This document shows, piece after piece, positions 48,064-55,208 of a DNA stretch of 55,208 nucleotides; positions within the stretch are counted from its first letter, which is position 1; each line of letters starts with the position of its first letter. Made by a program: the position numbers and the translations under genes. Source of the DNA: Saccostrea cucullata (taxonomy: Eukaryota). The notes beneath the pieces were generated by a model, which did not search any database, had not been told where the DNA came from, and saw nothing but the letters and a program-made list of their open reading frames with translations. The stretch spans positions 1 to 55,208 of the forward strand of contig NW_026933158.1 of the NCBI RefSeq assembly GCF_032062105.1, written 5' to 3'.

Positions 48064-48172
48064 ATATGGAGATAACAAACAGTATTCAAGCTCAAAAGTG
48101 CATAAAACAATACAAAATAGGAAGGGAGCAAACACGGGCCTCCAAAACTTCAAAGGTGGGATGAGGTGCCAT
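48064..48172 (-). mobile_element. Penelope-like element 3' terminus
   Basis: atatggagataacaaacagtattcaagctcaaaag..ggtgggatgaggtgccat. Confidence 0.75.
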
Positions 48173-48689
48173 CCAAACTAAGTGTTCAACAATTTTTTAT
48201 GAAACATCTTAATTGACTTCTGGGATTTCATTCTACATGATCAATACATAGACCTAGTGGGGGTGGTGACTGCTATTAGGGATAACTACTACTCCTAAGC
48301 TTCTGATATCACCTCATAAATCTAGCACTCAAATATAACAGAATACCTTCAGGATAGTAAATAAGTTTATTTTATCGATAGATAAGAGATTAAATGGCTT
48401 GTTAAATGCTTTAAACATTTTGGTTCTATTAATTTAAGGAACAATGGGTAATATTAGTATATGAGTGCAGTTTATAATAATAAATAACATTATATAGTAA
48501 AAATGTTTTATATATTATATAAATGAAGAATATTAAATGAATATAGTTATTATATTATTATTATAGTTATTAAACGTATATAGTTATGCATAAATAGTAC
48601 TTTATTACATGTTTATAGTTTTTGACACATTATTTTTATATACATATGTACATATTTGTTTCATACTAGTATTTGGATATTTCACTTGA

Positions 48690-49200
48690 AAAAGACGCTA
48701 ACAAGCTCTATAAACGTAATGACTTTAACTTTTCTATCGTCAACTTCCCTTACTTATGCAGCAATATACCTTCATTACCTGCATACGGAGTTTATTTGTC
48801 TTCGATAAGCAAGAGCATGCTTCACGAATGAACAATTTCTTAAACGAGGTAAATTATTGACAAAAATGCTGATAAAACAAGAATTTCAGCAGTCTCGTTT
48901 AAAGTCATTATTTCGTAAGTTCTATGGTCGATACAATGACCTTGTCAACAAATACATTGAGTCAAATGTTAACTGACGTTTTTCATACTTATTGTTAGGC
49001 CATTATATATACACTGAATTGACGATCGCTTTTTCCCAATCATGACAAGGAGCACAAGGTGGGTGTGACCGGTCGGCAGGGGAGCTCACTCTTACATGAC
49101 ACCCGATCCCACCACTGATGTTCTTGAGATCCTGTTTGCTCTGCTCCTATCTTGTATTGTTTTGTGGACTTTTGATCTTCCATACTCTTCGTTATCTCCA
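48690..49200 (+). mobile_element. Penelope-like element 3' fragment
   Basis: KRNDFNFSIVNFPYLCSNIPSLPAYGVY..RLKSLFRKFYGRYNDLVNKY, then the 3' motif and the terminus ttcgttatctcca. Confidence 0.85.
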
Positions 49201-51429
49201 AATATTTTATTATATGATTAAAACTAATATAATATCTTCAACACAGTTTTTTTTTTCTTATCTTAGGAAAAGATAAAGCAATCAATAAGTTTACTTTTCA
49301 TTATCAATTTCAGTACCCTCACTGGTAGGCAATTGGCACCTCTGATAGATCGATACAATGTTTTATATTATTGTTACATGGAAGAACTCTAATTTCCGCC
49401 TCAATTCTTATAAACTTTACAAGCCCATAACTCGCGTAAACTATATAAGCAGTTTTCTGAATTTGACAATAATGAAATCGCTTTACTTTCTGATGCTTAC
49501 ACTCTAAAACAATAGTATATTACCCAAAACTTTTGATTATTAGTTAAACCCATCAGAAAAATGTAGTGTTAACTGAGGAGGGACTCAACTGAATTCCTAT
49601 TTTCATTGCTTTCTTTGTATGAAATTTTTAAAAATATTTTTAAATAGGCAATCACAGGGTACGTTTTTAGAAATAAGTGTCATTGTTGTTTTTTCTATCA
49701 TTATTTTTCTTTTTAGGTACATTTGTCCAGTAAAAATATTTAAAATATAATAAATCATATTTCTGTCACTTCATAAAGTACAAAACTGAGGTTTGATCAT
49801 TATTATCTCATTTTTTTCTCTTCTTCTACGAGAAACAATTAAAAAGATAGCAAGTATGAAAACTAAAAGAAATTTATTTACGACAAACTCAGTAATCAAA
49901 TGCAACACAGATTTACTATGCCCTCTGTATTTTTTCCATCGCAAAAATAAAATTTTTGTTTTGAAAGGCAGATGGCTCATCTGGTTGGCTGATACTTAAA
50001 CAAAATCTAAAGTGAAACTTATTTTTTACGCTAAACATTTTATGTGTCGGGGGACCACAACTGAATGAATCCTTGTAAAAAGTTTCCTTTGTATGTCAAT
50101 CAAATGAGTTTTCTTCCTTGCATGAACAAGATAAATTATGCTAATGAGCATGAAAAATATTTAATTATATTTTGAATTTCTCATTAGTAAAATAATTATC
50201 TGATACATTGTAATATACAATAATAATGTGATTCTCATCTCATTTCTTGCAAAAGTTATATAATGTAATATATCCATAACATGAAGAGCTATTTTAAGGT
50301 AAACATAGTCTAAATTAAACATTTTTTTAAAAAACAAAGAGATAGGTAATATAATGAGCCTTATACATTGAAATTAGTCATTAATAATATTGAGTGATGG
50401 TTGGTCAATTAGTTTTTGTAGCATACAACGTGGTATACTCAAATTAATAAAGAAAATGAATCTGTCATGTCAGTTTCGATTGTGTATTTAAAAGCTTCAT
50501 TTAAAAACTTACAATGCTTAAAAACGAAATGTAAAACTGCAAAAATTTATTAATTTATTTTTCAAATATTAACACGTATAAATGAATTTTTTTTTAATGA
50601 CAAATCCTTGTCTGAATTTTAAATATTCTATTACCTCAGTTACTGGAATAATTCTTCACTTATGAAGACTGACTTATTTTTAATTGGAATTATAAAAAAA
50701 AAATCTATTCAAAACTGAAGATAAAAAAATATATGAATCTGTATTATTTCTGGTGGCTCCTGAAAAAGAATATAAAAATCTTAAGTTCATTTTCTTTTCA
50801 ATATTTTTGCTTATTATCAAAATTGTATATTGCAGATTTCCTGTTCTAAATTCATATTAAATTTTCCCCAATTTCTTTTTTCCTTTTAATTTTTTTATTC
50901 AATTAGCAAAATTGTTTATTGCATTTTCATATTCTAGATATAATCAGTCTGAATGTTAGACCTAAAATAATAATAATTTCGTAAAAATTCTGCATTATAT
51001 GCTGACAATTTCTCCATGTATTTCTTATTGATTTATTATTAAACTAATTTAAAGGTTTTTTTTTAATTAATCTATCGTCAATTCTCCATATTTATTGAAA
51101 ATATACCACTTTCATTTTCGTTTGATGTTAAAATGCTAAATTATAATATAATTGAATGCTAATTATTTTTGCAAAAGTGGCCAGATTTTTGAAGTCAAAT
51201 CAAAATTTCTTAACCTTTTACTTGTGCTTGAAAGTTGAATTTCAGGACTCTTAGAGCTTGTAGTTTAGCCGTAAAAGGAAGCTTAACTCCAGCACGTCCA
51301 ATCTTGAAAATAAATGCCATGAGTTACAGTTCTTGCAATAAAGAATCGGAGGGAAAAACTAAATTCTAGATTTAATTCATGCTGGCCATGTAATTTCCTA
51401 TATAATTTTTGGAAAAAATGTATTTTAAA

Positions 51430-51931
51430 ATTCAATTTCCCTTATTTATGCAGCAATACAAATTTCATCACCTGCATATGCATATGGGGTTTATATCTCT
51501 CAGCTATTTCACTACCAAAGAGCATGTTCTACGTATGAACAATTTTAAAAAGAGGAAAGTTACTGACAAACCAGTTTAAGGAACAAAAATATCAACAGTC
51601 TCGTTTTAACTTATCATATCTCAAGTTCTTTGTTTCTTTCGATACAATAATCTTGTAAGCAAAACTTTTAATCAATAAGTCAAATGCTGATTGACGTTGT
51701 TCATAATTTATTGTTAGGCCAGTATGTACACACAGAGTTGTCGACAGAATTTTTTTTATTTCCCGATCATGACAAGGAGCATACGGCGGGTGTGACCGGT
51801 CGGCAGAGAATAGTCATTCCTCCATGGCACTTGTTCACACTTCTGATATTTTGGAGGTCCGTGATTGCTCTGCTCCAATTTTGAATTGTTTAAGGGAATT
51901 TTGAGCTTGAAAATTCTTTATTACCTCCATT
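51430..51931 (+). mobile_element. Penelope-like element 3' fragment
   Basis: NFPYLCSN..SPAY..GVYISQL plus ggcgggtgtgaccggtcggcag. Confidence 0.8.
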
Positions 51932-52114
51932 TATTTCATTTCATAAAGTTGTTTCACTGCACCACAATTAAATTTCAGACCTTCAATTCACAACAGAATA
52001 CCGGATGATACGAATGCCAATAGCATATCCTATTCATGCCGAATTGCTCGGAAACAGAAAAAGTTTATCTTTTTAATCAATGTGCAAGCTATCTTTTCTC
52101 ACAAGTATCAATAG

Positions 52115-52410
52115 GTCAACCACATGACGCAGTGAAATGAGCGTCTGCTCTAGAATCGTGGAGTAAGTATGTGATCCTTACGTCTCGGGTTCGATTCCCA
52201 TTGTAGGACATGGTGACCGGTCCATCATTTGAGACCGTATAATCCGAGGTCCCGTGTTGAAGGAGCAGTTGGTACGAAAAAGATCACTGCTAATTAATGG
52301 CTCTGAGTACCAAGCATAGGACAACATTTTTAGCTATCCACGGGCAAGTGGTGGCGTCACCATATGATCAGTGAATAATTTTCGCGAGGAACGTAAAAGA
52401 ACAATTAAAC
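52115..52410 (+). mobile_element. tRNA-derived SINE
   Basis: A-box-like tgacgcagtgaaatgagcg, B-box ggttcgattccc, central gagaccgtataatccgaggtcccgtgt and tail ggaacgtaaaagaacaat. Same family as 30790-31067. Confidence 0.8.
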
Positions 52411-53079
52411 CAAAAATTAAACTAGTATCAATGGTGAGTAGATAAAATGAATGTGGTTTCATTTTATAAATTGCTGTCAATTTACCAGCACGGAAACTGT
52501 CCAAATATCCTTTTACATAAGTTGTATAGCAGAATAAATCTTTGAACTACTGAGCACCAAATGCTTAATTAACATCTACAGAAAGGCAACATTTGAAAAT
52601 AGAGAAATTACAATGTTAAATATGTCTATTATACTTTTTTTCATCATATGCGTGTACATTGTTACTTTGGTATTGTTTCCAAATCATCATTAAGTTCCTC
52701 GAATAAATTACAATTTCTTTGAACCCTCTGGTTTCTTCTCCATTTTATAATTTTTAAACTTTTTATTTTGTTCGCAATTTCATTTTTTAAAGCGTTGATG
52801 TATTTTGTGGTTTAAATTTAATTGTTTTGCTTTTTTTCATTTGCATGTTGAATTACCAATTTTCATTTTTGTATTTTTTTTTCAGCTACAAACAGTTTTA
52901 ATACAATTTGTCTTGAAGTACTGTAAAATAAGGTAACTTTCAAACTTTCTATAAATCAATAGAGTGAGTCAAAAAAAGGTGAGCCTTACTCCATTTTATA
53001 GCGTGCAAAAGAATTAGTAAACCTGAATCACCAGGGGCTTGAACCCAGCTTACAGAGAACCTAGGGTGAATTTATCAAG

Positions 53080-53480
53080 TTAAAAGGGGATATTCCCTCT
53101 TTGTAATGAATTTGGTTCCTCATGATTGGAAAAATGGGATAATTTGCATAACAGGCGAAGCCCTTTCTGCAAAAATTATCTAACGTTTCCAACTATCGTT
53201 GATGTCCCTGGCATACCCAACTAAGTAGACAGTGATTCCCTTTACTTTTATTTCCATTGCATTTTGAAATAAAATTGTAAATTTAGATTTTAAAAATGTA
53301 GACTAGTAGATGTAAATTACCAAGGCCTCTCATGTCAATTCAATTGTCCCCGCCCAGTGACGTTAAACACAAAGACATCCTCACGAGACTTACATGCATA
53401 TTAGGCCTCCTTAGCGTCAGACGCAAAGACCGACGCACGAGATTTACATGCATATTCGGCCTCTTGGCTTCTGGCCTGGG
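53080..53480. mobile_element. Probable non-autonomous DNA element with a GCGAAGC-capped hairpin and an internal direct repeat
   Basis: ttggaaa..gataatttgca..ggcgaagcc..tgcaaaaattatc..tttccaa (53126-53192); cacgaga.ttacatgcatatt.ggcctc occurs twice. Boundaries are uncertain. Confidence 0.4.
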
Positions 53481-53614
53481 GGCCTATCGCTAGCTCACTT
53501 TTGAAACTTTTGCATATATTCCTTTGGGCAAGAAATCAAGTCGTCTAAGTTTTATGACCCCCACTTACGAAATTTGCATGCAGTTATCATAGAGAAAACT
53601 AATAGAAATGGAAA

Positions 53615-54000
53615 TATGACTTCAACAATCAACTTCCCTAAACTTATGAAGCAATATACCCTTGTCGCTTGCATATGGCATTTATATATCTCAGTTGATA
53701 TATCTAACGTATGAACACTATGTAATACAAGTTTTTACAAGTTGATGAAACAAGAGCATGTTTAACGTATGAACAATATCTACAATACTTTATAAGCAAT
53801 ATAGTTTTTGACAAAACAAAAGCCATTGTTTACATGCTGAACTGTCTACGGATTTTCAGTTTTTTCGAGCATGACAAGGAGCATACAGCGGGTGTGACCG
53901 GTCAGCAGGAGATGCTCACTCCTCCATGGTCCCTGTTTGCTCTGCTACTATTTTGTAATGTTTATTGGACGTTTTAGCTCGAATACTGTTCGTTATCTCC
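53615..54000 (+). mobile_element. Penelope-like element 3' fragment, internally deleted
   Basis: INFP.L.SNIP..AYGIYISQLI, then gcgggtgtgaccggtcagcaggagatgctcactcctccatgg and gaatactgttcgttatctcc. Confidence 0.8.
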
Positions 54001-55208
54001 AGAAACTTCATCATTGATCATTATTGTCCCTTATTACACTGTTTGTTTTCCATTAATCTCTGTTTTTATGAAAAAAGATTCATTCCTTATAATTTAATTA
54101 CAGTGCAGACAAAACATTAAAAAATTTTAAAATAACGCCAAGAGTAATACGTTTTTTGACGTAACTCATTATTATCATCTTTTATCCAATCAAATGACGT
54201 GTTACAAGTGAAATTAAATTATTCATTATTATCACTTTGGTATCGAATGCACATATGAACAATAAAGTATATTGGTAACGAATATTGATAACATTGATAA
54301 TACGACGTCCATTCTGTGAACGAGGTTGGAATGCATAAATCCTTTTATAACATACATATTAATCGACCTTATACATTTTTCTCATTGATACAATTCATAA
54401 ACAGGTCAAAAATTCGAATACCTAGTTCAAGACCTGAGACCAAATATCTAGGAGGTGTAACCACCCCCTCCAGTAGCACTATCTGTGTGTTATCTGCGCT
54501 GTATGCAGTCTTTAATTATCAAATAAATAATAATAATAACAAGTTGCTGTCCTTTAAAAAAGTACTGCAATACGTGGACCATATGCATGTTTTTCTAATC
54601 GAAGTTCAATTTAGAAATTTTCTAGGTGTAGTGAATATTCATGTAGGTTTGTTCACATTTTCCGCAATGATCTGCGTACTTATTACTGATTGTAGTCTCA
54701 AATCAAAATTGTTAAACTTTATCTCCGATTAGCGGCCTTTACTTTAGTTTTGTCAGTTTCAAAAATCGGGCTATTTTGATACATGTAACTCCTAATGGCT
54801 GGGACTTGACACCTGTTCTGGATTTATGCGGAAGAAATCTATCAGGGGAAAAATAGAGATCTGATGGTTCACGTGTATCAGAGCTCTGTAGCAAGCAGAT
54901 TTTTTTGTCGGACCCCCCCCCCCCCCCACACACACACACATTAAAAGCCGTTGCTATTTATAGACTTCTATCAAACGGTATTGGATTGCTGAAGAAAAGA
55001 AAAAAAAATATTTTGCGAGCCTTGATGCACAAAACTCATGCCGGTGAAAATCTTTTAAAAGCTAGAACTAGTCGTCGAAGGACGTTTTTCATTCAAGTTG
55101 TTATAAGTTACATGTACATGTGTATCTATATACTGCAAGTTCTTCCTACTTTTTAAAGTGCTTGTACCATAGAATCAAAGTTTAGTGTTTCGGTGTTGAT
55201 GATGGTGA

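Noticed and set aside
52120-52210. Functional tRNA gene
   Set aside because: No intact cloverleaf or acceptor stem, and the sequence continues into a SINE body and tail.
54316-55156. ORFs 54316-54732, 54739-54939 and 54905-55156
   Set aside because: Non-ATG starts, low-complexity poly-C/(CA)n content and no recognisable domain.

Overview
AT-rich eukaryotic DNA with GT-AG introns. The repeat content points to a bivalve, probably an oyster (inference). There are two gene systems, both on the minus strand. (1) A six-exon, 285-aa type-I membrane receptor (14369-10868) with a signal peptide, one F-type-lectin/galactose-binding-like domain, a TM helix and a tail carrying an ITAM-like YxxL-x9-YxxM pair. 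The ORF track shows only two of its exons. (2) A tandem array of seven two-exon ankyrin-only genes, numbered ANK-1 to ANK-7 from left to right (19.9-47.4 kb, ~203-213 aa, about 5 repeats plus a basic amphipathic tail). ANK-1 is a pseudogene. ANK-3 and ANK-2 are joined by a deletion, so ANK-3's TGA overlaps ANK-2's ATG. The paralogues share a fixed-spacing promoter module (TATA, CCAAT, ATTTGCT, RUNX-type GACCACA) and a 3'UTR hairpin. The rest is transposon debris: about 15 pieces of a Penelope-like (Naiad-type) retroelement whose 3' end folds by eye into a pseudoknot, tRNA-derived SINEs, RTE/L2/Tx1 LINE fragments, several MITEs, a foldback element and a Helentron-type element with ~166-bp repeats. 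All gene models and RNA folds were derived by hand; no searches were run.
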